Part shown: one piece after another, positions 1 to 10,949 of the stretch
Position numbering within the stretch: position 1 is the first letter of the stretch
Layout: each line of letters opens with the position of its first letter
DNA from: Eledone cirrhosa
Lineage: Eukaryota
Direction: 5' to 3'
Assembly (NCBI GenBank): GCA_964016885.1
Contig: OZ024745.1
Location: forward strand, 102,176,001-102,240,000
DNA: 64,000 nt
Translations under genes and position numbers: made by a program
Notes under the pieces: model-generated
Told to the model about the DNA's origin: nothing
The model's input: the letters and a program-made list of their open reading frames with translations, nothing else
The model's database searches: none

Positions 1-32
1 GGGTGTTTCAGTTTGGTGCAAGGGGACCCAGT

Positions 33-614
33 TTATGGTTTTCCGGTCTCAGTCGATTTCCACACAAAGAAAGACTGCTGTATTCTGTGTCTGCAGTTTA
101 TCACGGATTCTGCTCTGCTGTTGATGAGCTCGAGGGGTGCTCTTATGATATGGTAAAGTTCCATGAGGCAGAGCTCGCATTTCCTCCTGAAGTTGTATGG
201 TGCTATCCTGCTGACAATTTCCCAGTGTGTGGAGAAGCTGATGTTGGAGTCTTTTAATGTTGTGATGTAATTGGCGAGTGACGTGGAGTGTCTTAGTTTC
301 TTGTTTCTAAAAGAGTGGAGATGTGTTCGAAATCTAGTTTTCAACGGGCCAGAAGTGACCGCTATATAATGTTTAACGCTATTATGGCTAGTTATGATGC
401 ACCTATAAATAACATTATCTGTCAGGCAACTTGCCCTAAGCGGGCACCTTCCCCGGTCCCGACAGTTGAATTTTCGGTCGCGGTCGCTCCTGGTGCCCGA
501 AGTCAAGCTATTACTATTGCTATCTATGTTTTTATCCACGCCACCGCCTCTATTTCTGTAGTTAGTACTATTATATCCTATGGCGTGCGGGGTAGTACCA
601 TTATTGCTCTGCAC
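33..614 (-). CDS. Penelope-like GIY-YIG endonuclease domain (fragment; the ATG is probably not the true start)
   Basis: Translation contains CRDRGRCPLRASCLTDNVIYRC, HYIAVTSGPLKTRFRTHLHSF and CELCLMELYHII...CRH. Confidence 0.8.
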   Translation of the reverse strand: MQSNNGTTPHAIGYNSTNYRNRGGGVDKNIDSNSNSLTSGTRSDRDRKFNCRDRGRCPLRASCLTDNVIYRCIITSHNSVKHYIAVTSGPLKTRFRTHLHSFRNKKLRHSTSLANYITTLKDSNISFSTHWEIVSRIAPYNFRRKCELCLMELYHIIRAPLELINSRAESVINCRHRIQQSFFVWKSTETGKP

Positions 615-765
615 ACCGCAGCGCCTTCTGCTGCTACCGTGTGACCCGTGCAGGTCACCAGCATATTCCCCAGTCTCACCACAGTTATGTCGGTTGCGTC
701 TTTGATGTATGTATCACTTTAAAACCCCTTCTGGGTCCTGTACTAAACACTCTGTAGTTTTATAT

Positions 766-806
766 GCCCCTGAGAAGCCCTTTTCAGGCGTAACGTACAT
801 AGGTGC
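766..806 (+). ncRNA. Degenerate minimal type I hammerhead ribozyme
   Basis: GCCC-CTGAGAA-GCC(cttttca)GGC-GTAAC-GTAC-ATA-GGTGC: correct order of elements with about three core or stem III substitutions. Confidence 0.45.
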
Positions 807-951
807 TTTTATATAAACATATTCTGACAGTATATATTCTCCTTTGTAATCCTTTCATTTATATATATATATATCATATGAAATGTATGGATACATGTGT
901 GTGAGTGTGTGCATATATATATTGTACACACTCACACATAGATACATAAAT

Positions 952-1118
<167 letters not shown>

Positions 1119-1650
1119 TCATTCTGCTGCAACAACTAACAAGAAGATTCCTTCATATATTTCTTGTCAAATGTTCTGACTGCATTCTTTTGTTAAAATT
1201 TGCAAACTATGTTCTTCATATACAGTTACAAGATTAGAAGGGCATTTACTATTTTTCTTTTAGTTTTCATTTTACATTTTACATTTATCTTATTATTATC
1301 ATATGTCATTACAGTATAAAATTCTCATTTTTTCTTTCTTTTGGGGGGGTTTTTCATATTCTTATTATCATCATTATTCTAGCAACTTTTGAAGTAATGC
1401 AACACTGTATGTTGTATTATTTCTCAGTTCATGTTTCCATAGAAATGTGTAGAGTTAGAGTGATGGTAGCAGCACTGTTGCTATTGATGCAATATCTTAT
1501 TCCATTTCATTCGAATTTGGAAATTAGATGTGCTGGGGAAGATTGAAAATAAAGAATCCTATTCACTTTTTTTTCCTCCTGTGAGTATTAGGTTCAGCAT
1601 CATAATTCCAGTTCCACTCCTCTATAATGAAGTTTCATGAGAATGTGAAT

Positions 1651-1682
<32 letters not shown>

Positions 1683-2031
1683 TTATATAGTTTGAAAAAT
1701 GTTTCATACACTTAACATGTATGCGCTACCATTAGTTTTGGGGTCTAGTTATGCCCACCACTATATACTGGAGGAGGCTCTTCCAAACTGACCCCTCATT
1801 GGACATGCAGACAAATAAAACTTGGTCCACCAATATTCTTACAATGGGGCAGCTCATCTAACCCATGCTAGCGTGGAAAATGGACAATAAATGATGATGA
1901 TTATATATATATATATACATATAACCAATAACCTTTAGTATGTGACATAATTGGAAAATGGACATTGAATGATGATGATGATTCATCATCATTTTACGTC
2001 CACTTTTCCCTGCTTACAAGGTATATAATAT

Positions 2032-5000
2032 ACATGGGATAACAAGTTATCGTTATAGGTAATCCAGTAAGAGGTTGTGAGTACTCTGTATTGTGGATAG
2101 TTTTAATGTACGGCATTGTTTGACTCAACAAGAGGTTTCCATAGTTAGGTAGCGAGTTCGCGAGAATTCCTATGCAGGTTATTCTTGGAGTAATAATAGT
2201 GAAAGATTGAAGAATAACATGGTCGGCTGTACAAAAAGGGTTTTATTTCAGGTATTAACAATTGTTTCATTGCTCAGGTGAGTCAAAAGGCCACTAATCA
2301 CTTGAAGTTGCGTCACTCGACCTTAAATACAGTGTTTACCTCTCATCAAATCATTGGAATACTAGAGGTTTTACATATGGCATTGGTATTTATAGATACC
2401 ACGGAGAATCAAAACAATAACATCAATAATAAAAGATAATGATAAAGAGGTAAAGAAGATAGAATGAAGATGGTACAGATGTAAAAAATAAGTAAAAAAA
2501 TAATAAGTACAGAATGTGATTGCTGATAATAGTGGTGGTGGTGAGTAAGTGTATGTGTAAAGATAATACTAACATGAAAAGCAACATCAAATACATACAT
2601 ATATACATGGTGGTCAAATCTCAGAGGGTTAGAGTAAAAAATAATGTAAAAAATAGAGTAAAAAATAATAAGATAAAAAATAATAAATTAAAAATTAAGT
2701 GAGAGGGGAAGAGATATGAGGAGAAGACATAAGGGGTAGGGCTAAGGATGGGGAAGGAGTAGATAGGTAGATAGAGGAGAAGAATTGAGATGGAGAGTCT
2801 TGATATATGTATGTGTGGTAAATGCTGATTGTCTTATCTTAATGGGGTTGATGTGACTTTAGGGAGAGAGAGTGAAAGAAAGGTTAGGAGATTTATGATG
2901 TTGATCTAGTGACCAGTCGGTCAGTTGACAGTTAATAACAGTGGGGTGGTATGTAGTTAATACATTAAAATTCGGGTGGTTCAGTTCGAATTTTGGTTTG
3001 AAATTTGCGAATTTGGTAGCTGCTTTGTGCCTACAGAAAATTGATCTTTCTATTTTGCTGTTAAGCAGCACCTTATACTTTAAAATATGGAACAGCTCCA
3101 TATTGCAAAGTCCGCAGTGGGACATTCCATTGTTGTAGGCCCTTGCTCCCGATAATTTTGACCAGCTAATCCCACATTCTTGGTTTATGTCCTTAAGCTG
3201 CCAGATTATATTGGCCAGCATTGTTGAGTTCTCTAGTCTATGGTTCTTCTTAGTGAATGTACCATCTTTTTTTGAATTCCCAGCCGTGGAACCTATCTAG
3301 TGCCATGTTAAGTTGCCCGAATTTATAGTACACAGGTACACCATACTTGATTCCAGGCATCTATTTTGTAGTGGGCACTTATCCGGCAGGTGGCAATTAC
3401 AGTTGGAGGCCTTCTCGTGTGCAGTTTTGTATGTTGTTATGGATGGGCTGAGATTTAGGCTTATTAATGTTTTGTTGTGATGCGCCCTGATGTGTGTGTG
3501 GTTGTCATGTTGTTATGTGTTTGCATATTGTATTTGGTGCTATGGTGTATGTTGATAGGTTTTGAGATTCTTTTGTAGTTGATTTTATGTATGTGTGGTT
3601 TTATGTTGGCTGCAGTTGAGTAAGAGAGTTTGATAGTTTTTCTGTTAAAGGTTCTATGGTATTTGTGTAGTTTAGGGAAGTGTTTGTCAATTAGCTTAAA
3701 GAATGTAGAAGGTAGTTTGGTTTTTATAGAGGAGTTGAATATTGGATAGAACCATAAGTATTTCCTATCACTGGGTTTTCTATAGTTCCTAGAGGTCCCT
3801 ATATTAGTATTCAGTTCAGTTATTTCTGGTGCTCGTTGTCTATTTCTATGTTTAGTTCTATATTTGTTATTCCTATGGGTGCAGGTAGTGTAACTGTCGT
3901 TAGGTTTGTTGTTGCTGTCTCTATCTGGTATGTATTTGAGCCCCTCCTTATGGCCTGCCTATGTAAAGCTATGTTAGAGTAGTTTGCATGTTCGTTAAAA
4001 ATCTCTAGGTTAGAAGATAGTATATCCCTCAGAATATCCCGCCTATGTGCTATGGAGTTAATTATGGATCGAGGGTGGTTTGAGTTATAACTAATGTAGG
4101 CTAGATTTTCGTTATTTTTATAGAAGGGCTCTATTAGTCCTGTGTTTAGTTTGAGTGTTACATCTAAGAAGTTTGCTTTTTTAGAGTTAAGTTCGAAAGT
4201 GATACCTAGGCCTATTTTTTTTTAAGAAGACTCAGATGTTTTTCCGTAATCTTTCCATGTTTTGATTATTTAAGTTTTTAGCTAAAAGGAGTGTATCGTC
4301 CCTATAAATTCCTCCTTGGAGGTTATTAAATTCCTTATGTAAGTTATGCACTATATATATTCCAACTATGTCTGTTACCTGTGCTGAGTCGCTAGATCCC
4401 ATTGTGATATTGAAGCTATTCTGTCTGTTTTTTCGTTCCCAGTAACTATTTTCGAATCTAATGATAGTTCTCCAAGCAGCTAGTATTCTAATTTCATCAG
4501 AGGTTAGGTCCGAGTTTTTCTAGGCAAAGGCTAGCGCTTTATCTAGGGTAAGTGGGGAGATGGAGGAGTAGTAGTCGTTGATGTCAAACTGTACGAAGCT
4601 GGATGTTTCCCTACTGTCTATTTTGCTGAACCAGTCTATTGCCTCGTTAGTGTTACCCCATAGCTTAATTACTAGTTTGTCCTTAATTTGTGCTATTACT
4701 CTATCTAGTATATACTTGCTAATTCTACCTATTGTTACTATTTTTATTTTCTACTCTAACCCTCTGAGATTTGACCACCATGTATATATGTATGTATTTG
4801 ATGTTGCACCACTATTATCAGCAATCACATTCTGTACTTATTTTTTACATCTGTACCATCTTCATTCTACATTCTATCTTCTTTACCTCTTTATCATTAT
4901 CTTTTATTATTGATGTTATTGTTTTGATTCTCCAATGCCATATGTAAAACCTCTACTATTCCAATGATTTGATCAGAGGTAAACACTGTATTTAAGGTCG

Positions 5001-5122
5001 AGTGACACAACTTCAAGTGATTAGCAGCCTTTAGACTCACCTGATCAATGAAACAATTGTTAATACCTGAAATAAAACCCTTTTTGTACAGTCGACCATG
5101 TTATTCTTCAATCTTTCACTAT
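2032..5122 (-). mobile_element. Penelope-like retroelement (probably Naiad-like), decayed RT + GIY-YIG, with inverted pseudo-LTR
   Basis: Minus-strand translation gives FNITMGSSDSAQVTDIVGIY, GGIYRDDTLL, CNCHLPDKCPLQNRCLESSMVY and HCGLCNMELFHIL..CRHK, with stops and frameshifts. 2196-2645 is repeated in inverted orientation at ~4740-5122. Confidence 0.88.
4956..5066 (+). ncRNA. Hammerhead-like motif with long stem II in the pseudo-LTR (second copy 2252-2362, minus)
   Basis: (G/C)TATT-CCAATGA-[TTGATCAG...CTGATCAA]-GAAAC-AATT-GTT-AATAC. The core reads CCAAUGA instead of CUGAUGA in both copies. Confidence 0.5.
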
Positions 5123-5133
5123 ATATATATATA

Positions 5134-5469
5134 TCATCATCATCATTTTACGTCCGCTTTTCCCTGCTTGCAAGGGTGAGACAGGGACTGGTTCTGGCTT
5201 GATTTCTACAGCTGGATGCCCTTCCTAACACCAACCTCATTTACAGTGTGGGCTGGGTGCTTTTTTTTGCCGTGGCACCTCCACGACCACTTTGCAGTGG
5301 AATGATAGGGACCCCATTCCTATCATCTCATTTCTACAGCTGAGTAAACTAGAGCAATTTGAAATAAAGTGTCTTGCTCAAGGAAACAACGCATCACCCG
5401 GTCTGAGAATTGAACTCACAACCTTTCGATTGCAAGGTCAATGCTCTAACCACTAAGCCATGTGCCTCC
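5134..5469 (-). mobile_element. tRNA-derived SINE family B (CORE/Ceph-like body, RTE-derived 3' tail ending in (GAT)n)
   Basis: Minus strand has A-box TGGCTTAGTGG, B-box GAGTTCAATTC and CORE-like TTGAGCAAGACACTTTATTTC; the tail matches the RTE 3' end. Near-identical copies lie at 21421, 32120 and 58203. Confidence 0.85.
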
Positions 5470-5863
5470 ACACACACACATATATATATGTCCATAGAAT
5501 CATTTGATAAGATATAAACACCATTTCCTCTCCCAATCAGCATAATCAACCACACAAAAAAACCAATCAAACCAGGCTATAAGATTAAAAGGCACCTATG
5601 AAGAAATAATAGATAAATAAACGACAGCTATCTATTCCCAATCAACAGCTAGATAATATTTACCCACCATTTCAATAGCATGTGGAAATCGATTAAATAT
5701 ATCGTCAACCATACACAATTAGGTATAAAATTAAAGTTACAAGAAAAAATGTATATAAACATACCACGATTATGTTTCTACCCCTTGGCGTTTCATTCGC
5801 TTTTGGAAATATCCGATCAAGGATAAATTCTCGAGCTTCGAAATCATCAGGAAACAAACTCAC

Positions 5864-5965
5864 TTGGACAAAGAATTTTCTAAAATGATCCCCGCCAGAA
5901 ACGAATTCAAAATGGCTAAGAACTGTGACGTGGCAGTGGTCAAGTCAGAAAGAGTGTGATTGGTG
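5864..5965 (-). promoter_or_regulatory. Candidate promoter and non-coding first exon of a minus-strand gene
   Basis: CCAAT (plus-strand GATTGG 5958-5963), TGACGT (5926-5931), YY1-like GCCATTTTG (5916-5908), then donor CAA|GTGAGT at 5864/5863; local CpG enrichment. Confidence 0.45.
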
Positions 5966-6841
5966 CCTTACAGCAAGTGGGCTGGTTGCTAGAAAGCGCA
6001 GCCTAATATTGCCTAAATTGCATCTCAACCATATGGGAGATTATCAAATATAAAGATTTACATATACACAAACTAGACAAAGTCATAGATATATATATAT
6101 ATATATATATGTTTTTGGCAACCATTCACGATGTGGCTCAATGATGAATTAATTAATTAAATAATCAGAGCAATATACTATAAAATATGTCCATAGAATC
6201 ATTTGATAAGATATATACACCATTTCCTCTCCCAAGGTGGACTGACCCTTAATAAGTAAGATGTTAAGCACGTTTAAAGAAAGAATTATGTCACATGCAT
6301 ACTAAAAGTTATTGGTTATTTATTTATATCATCATCATCATCATTGTTTAACGTCCATCTTCCACGCTTGCATGGGTTTGGACGGGAGTTTTCCCACTTG
6401 AGGCAAGATTGGTTGTCTTGCTGTATAGGACTGTCTGGCGGGTTTTCTACGGCTGGATGCCCTTTCTAACACCAACCACGTTTACAGTGTGGACTGGAAG
6501 GTTTTTACCGTGTTACCTACACGGCCACATTACAGCATGGACTGTGTGTTTTTTTTTTTCCGTGACACCTACACAACCTCATTTATTTTGGACTGGATGT
6601 TGTCGTACCAACATAACTTTACATCAAAAGGGGTGGTGTGGATGTATTTGCGTTAGAGGTGCCTACTGACTGTAGGTTTCGCTTTGTACTTAGGCAAGGC
6701 GGGTCTTCTGTATTACTGTGTAGCGCCAAAGATCTCGGTCCAGTGACATTCTCTTGGAGAGGTGTAAGTGTGTGAGGTCGGAATTTATCAAGTCGTCCCA
6801 GGTTTTTCTGGGTCTGCCTACTCCGTGGCTACCGTCTATTT

Positions 6842-8671
6842 TTATTGCCGTCTTTCATGCACATCACGTGACCATACCAACGTAATCCCTCTTATTCCTA
6901 ATTTCTCCCTTAGTTCATTTATGCTTTGCCGTTCACGTATATTACTATTACACATCCAGCGGAGCATGCAAGCTTCATTCCTCTCCAGTCTGCGTATATC
7001 CTCTGCACACAATGCCCAAGTCTCACTGCCATGTAACATTGCTGTTCGTATGCAAGCATCATACAGCCTGCCTTTCATTTTTAGAGAGAACCCTTTAGCG
7101 GCCAATAGTGGTATAAGCTCTCTGAACTTTTTCCATCCTGTTCTGACTCTAGCTACTGTACTTTCACAGCACCCTCCACCACTGCTTATTTTGTCACCCA
7201 GGTAACGGAAGCTGTCCACTATTTCTATAGAACCATCTGTGCAATGGAATGAGCTAGTATTCTGTGGGCACTTGCTGCTACTTATTGCACCTGAGCACCG
7301 GCCACATATAAAATCTATATTCTTAGTTAGCTTACCTGTGATCCCACTACATCTTTTATGCACCCATACTTTGCATTTGGAACATAAAATGGAGTTTCTG
7401 CCTACTCCTTTCCTACACACTGAGCATGGCCATTTCCCAGATGGGACCAGTGCCCTATTTTCCTTCCTACAAACTCGAACTTTAGTCTTAGATAGATTAA
7501 TTTTAAGGCCTTTTGATTCTAGGCCATGCTTCCATGTTTGGAATTTCTTCTCTAGTTCAGCCATTGATTCAGCTATGAGCGTTAGATCATCTGCGTATAG
7601 GAGTTCCCATGGGCAGCCGGTCTTGAATTCCTCTGTTATAACCTGAAGGGCAATAATAAATAATAGGGGGCTAAGGACGGAGCCCTGATGAACACCAACT
7701 TTTACGCTAAACTCTTCACTATATTCGTTGTTAATTCTAACCTTGCCGACTGTTTCTTTATACATGGCTTGTATAGCTCTCACAAGCCATTCATCAACAC
7801 CTAGTTTTCTAAGGGCCCACCAGATAATCGAGCGGGGTACTCTGTCAAAGGCTTTCTCCAAGACAACAGAAGCTAAGTATAGGGGTTTACTTTTAGCTAG
7901 GTACTTCTCCTGTAGTTGTCGTACAATGAAAAGAGTGTCTGTTGTACTTTTACCTGACACAAACCCGAACTGCATTTCGTCTCGATCAATTCGCTCTCTG
8001 ATTAGTTGCGCTATTACTTTTTCTGTGACCTTCATGACCTGGTCAATTAATTTAATGCCTCTATAGTTTCCCCTATCTAGGGCATCTCCTTTACCCTTGT
8101 AGCAGTTAATGATGATGCTGCTGCGCCAGTCCTTCGGAACGACCCCTTTCTGTATGACTCGGTTTACTATCCGGGTGACCATAGTGTGTCCCACCGTTCC
8201 AGATGCTTTCAGCATTTCAGCAACTATTTCCGAAGGCCTAGCTGCCTTGCCCGTCTTCATGTCTTTGATCGCCTTACTTATTATACTACCTTCAACTTGC
8301 ACTCCTGGTCCCTCTATTGGATCGATGTGAAGGAGACTGTCTTTCTCCCAATTATTCTCCTCATTTAGTAGCCTTTCGTAGTGACACTTCCAAGCTACCT
8401 TCTTATCAGCATCAGTGATGGCAAGTACACCATCATCATTAAGTACACACTTCTCCCCGACAATATCACGGTTTTCCTTGACACATTGCCTAGCAATCCT
8501 GAACACCTCACGTTTTTGGTCCTCGCGTTGTAGAACATGCTTGAACTTTCTTTCCTCTGCTTCCCTTCCTGCGAAGTACACTTGTCTCCTGGCCACTTGA
8601 TAGTCTTCTCTACTTCCCCCATCCCGCCATGCTTTCCAAGCCTGCTTTTTGGCCTTGATTGACCCCTCCAC
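6842..8671 (-). CDS. RTE LINE reverse transcriptase (609-aa open segment) with internal C4HC3 PHD-type zinc finger
   Basis: Motifs NYRGIKL, QFGF, LEKAFDRV, GVHQGSVLSPLLF, LYADD and FRYLG; inserted CSVC...CSKC..VHKRC...CGRC. The C-terminus carries deletions relative to the copy at 54592. Confidence 0.92.
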   Translation of the reverse strand: MEGSIKAKKQAWKAWRDGGSREDYQVARRQVYFAGREAEERKFKHVLQREDQKREVFRIARQCVKENRDIVGEKCVLNDDGVLAITDADKKVAWKCHYERLLNEENNWEKDSLLHIDPIEGPGVQVEGSIISKAIKDMKTGKAARPSEIVAEMLKASGTVGHTMVTRIVNRVIQKGVVPKDWRSSIIINCYKGKGDALDRGNYRGIKLIDQVMKVTEKVIAQLIRERIDRDEMQFGFVSGKSTTDTLFIVRQLQEKYLAKSKPLYLASVVLEKAFDRVPRSIIWWALRKLGVDEWLVRAIQAMYKETVGKVRINNEYSEEFSVKVGVHQGSVLSPLLFIIALQVITEEFKTGCPWELLYADDLTLIAESMAELEKKFQTWKHGLESKGLKINLSKTKVRVCRKENRALVPSGKWPCSVCRKGVGRNSILCSKCKVWVHKRCSGITGKLTKNIDFICGRCSGAISSSKCPQNTSSFHCTDGSIEIVDSFRYLGDKISSGGGCCESTVARVRTGWKKFRELIPLLAAKGFSLKMKGRLYDACIRTAMLHGSETWALCAEDIRRLERNEACMLRWMCNSNIRERQSINELREKLGIRGITLVWSRDVHERRQ

Positions 8672-9100
8672 CTTACTCTCCTCCTGCCTATAGGTCTGTT
8701 CCAGCCACAGATTTCATCTGTCGCCTTCAACAGGTTAGCTTTCAGGAATTCCCACTGTTCCTCTATATTGTACGACGCTAATTGCTCTTCCTTAATATCA
8801 AAAGCATCAAGTAATACGCTTTTAAATTTATTACTGGCTGTAGGGTCCTTTAACTTCCATATTTTTCTCCTGAGGATAGTCCTCTTCTGTTGTCGAGTAC
8901 GTCTCGTTCTGACTATGAGGTCGCTATTTATATGAGTCTATGTTGAGAGGTGCATTCTTCATGGGAGAGGGATTTAGTGTTTACAAGAGACACTCTGTCA
9001 CGTCTTCTGGTAAGGATATAATCTACCTGGCTGGTGTGTTCCCCTGATCTATAGGTGATCAAGTGATTGTCTCGTTTTTTGAAGTTAGTGTTATAGATAG

Positions 9101-9138
9101 ATTTCTTTATTAGCCACAAGGGCGCAACAAGAATGGGG
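9101..9138 (-). mobile_element. Very short 3' tail of another non-LTR element nested in the RTE EN domain
   Basis: Interrupts NLTIC|NTNFKK. Minus strand reads ...GTGGCTAATAAAGAAATCTATCTAT, flanked by the duplication ATAGATAG/ACAGATAG. Confidence 0.55.
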
Positions 9139-9984
9139 ACAGATAGTTAGGTTATTTGCGTCACAGAATTCCAGGATTCTGGAGCCTTCCTCGTTTCTAG
9201 TTCCAAACCCATAGCCTCCATGGATTCCATCATAGCCATCACAATGTTGTCCAACATGACCATTTAGGTTGCCAGCGATAACTATGTAGTCACTGTCATT
9301 TATTTGGGAGGTAGTGAGCATTAACGTCTCATAGAATCTGTCTTTTATAACGCCAGGCAGTCCGGATTGTGGTGCATATACAGATATATAAATAAATAAA
9401 TAACCAATAACTTTTAGTATGTATGTGACATAATTCTTTCTTTAAATGTGCTTAACATCTTACTTATTAAGGGTCAGTCCACCTTGGGGTCCCACCAGAC
9501 AGAATAGAGTAGATGTTGCCCCTGTGCTCACACAGCCTGTCAGTTAGTCTTTGTTCAGTGGGTGAATTGGCAAAATTGTTTGAAAGTTCATATGAAATAC
9601 CTTGTAGTATTTATTCTGGTTTTTGCATTTTGATTTCAAATCTCACAAAGGTCAACATTGCCTTTCTTCCTTCTAGGGTTGATAATGGGGTAACAATTAA
9701 ATGGAGACAATATAGAGTATGGAAGAGTGCTCTTCAGTCTTGCCAAGCACAGGACAACCTCTCTAGAGCTGGAGCCATAATATATTGCAACCAGTGCACT
9801 CTGTAACACCAGCAAGGGTATCCAACCATAGACACCATGCAAAAATATAGATTAAATGAGCAAAATAAGGTTATCCAACTTGTTTTATCTTGGACTATGA
9901 TGAACATAGGCACAGTGCTGCAAATGTTTTCAGAAGAATACAACTAGATATACTCCCATGTCTTAGGACTTGACTGCTACTTAT

Positions 9985-10179
9985 CCCTTTAGCATTTATA
10001 TTACTCTGTATTTTCATGGTAAAGGAATATCTCACATAATATCGAATCTACAAGATTTTGATGTTATTTATTTTGAGAACAATACCATAATGTCAGTATG
10101 GGTAGCCGGTTATGGGCAGTTTGAACAGAAAAAGGTGAGATAATTCTGGTTGGATACAGCTGTTTTAAATTTTAAAGAG
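9985..10179. mobile_element. piggyBac-type MITE (decayed copy)
   Basis: Starts CCCTTTAGCATT, ends near TTAA; same internal sequence as 14783-15001. Confidence 0.7.
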
Positions 10180-10949
10180 TTAATATATTAATGTTTCACT
10201 AGCATTGAACTTATCTTCAATTCTGGCTCATTTAATAATAGACCATCTTGTGACACATATATTACAGATATTCTATCCAGATGTAACACTTGGCTTCTGA
10301 CAATAGTGAATAACAAAAGCTTTGTTTGACTTACTCATCTACCTATCTTACATGATTACAAATATATGTGTAAATAATTTCCCTGTAACAACAATATGAT
10401 ATAGAGCATAATAGTGATTTTGTCAATGTCTCTTACTCTATTAGTTGAAAATGAAATAGAAAGTAACTAAATTATTCAAACCTCAAGAAATTATATTTCC
10501 ATTTTAACTGTATTGAGTTAAATAGAGATATATAGAAGACAGTATTTAAAAAAAACCCCGAAAACTTACATTAAACATGAAAGGTAAAGACAAGAACCTA
10601 ATTCAATAATTTCAATTCTATCTGTTAAGGATTGCTGATTTATTAGCAAAAGTATTTTGGTAGACATTTTGTGACAGAACATTTACCTAATAAGCAATGG
10701 TAATTACACTATTACTGTTATTGTTGTTATTTTATGATCTTGAGTTTGCAGAGTTGTTTGAGCATTAGATAGAATACTTTGCTGTATTTGTTTCAGCTCT
10801 CTGTGCTCTTAGTTTGAATCCATCCCATGCAAGTATCTGTGTGTATATCATGACCCATACACTGTTCACTTTCCTGACATTTGTACATTATTCTATGTAC
10901 TATACATGCACTTTAGATGAGTTGTAGTGCACCTGAGCACTGTGTACAT

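Larger units (their letters stand above)
1..860 (-). mobile_element. Penelope-like retroelement, 5'-truncated 3' part (GIY-YIG endonuclease) with probable inverted pseudo-LTR at ~645-860
   Basis: ORF 33..614(-) has the Cys linker NCRDRGRCPLRASCL, GIY-YIG motifs VIYRC...HYIAVT..LKTRFRTH and C-terminal CELC/CRH. The adjacent segment has a degenerate hammerhead on the + strand and ends in (TA)n. Confidence 0.85.
6329..9385 (-). mobile_element. RTE-clade LINE, 5'-truncated inside the AP endonuclease domain
   Basis: EN fragments SVYAPQSGLP, IAGNLNGHVG and SQVDYIL; RT ORF 6842..8671; 3' UTR ending in (GAT)n. Confidence 0.93.

Noticed and set aside
6768-8600. Plus-strand ORFs overlapping the RT
   Set aside because: Antisense shadows of the RTE ORF with no independent motifs.
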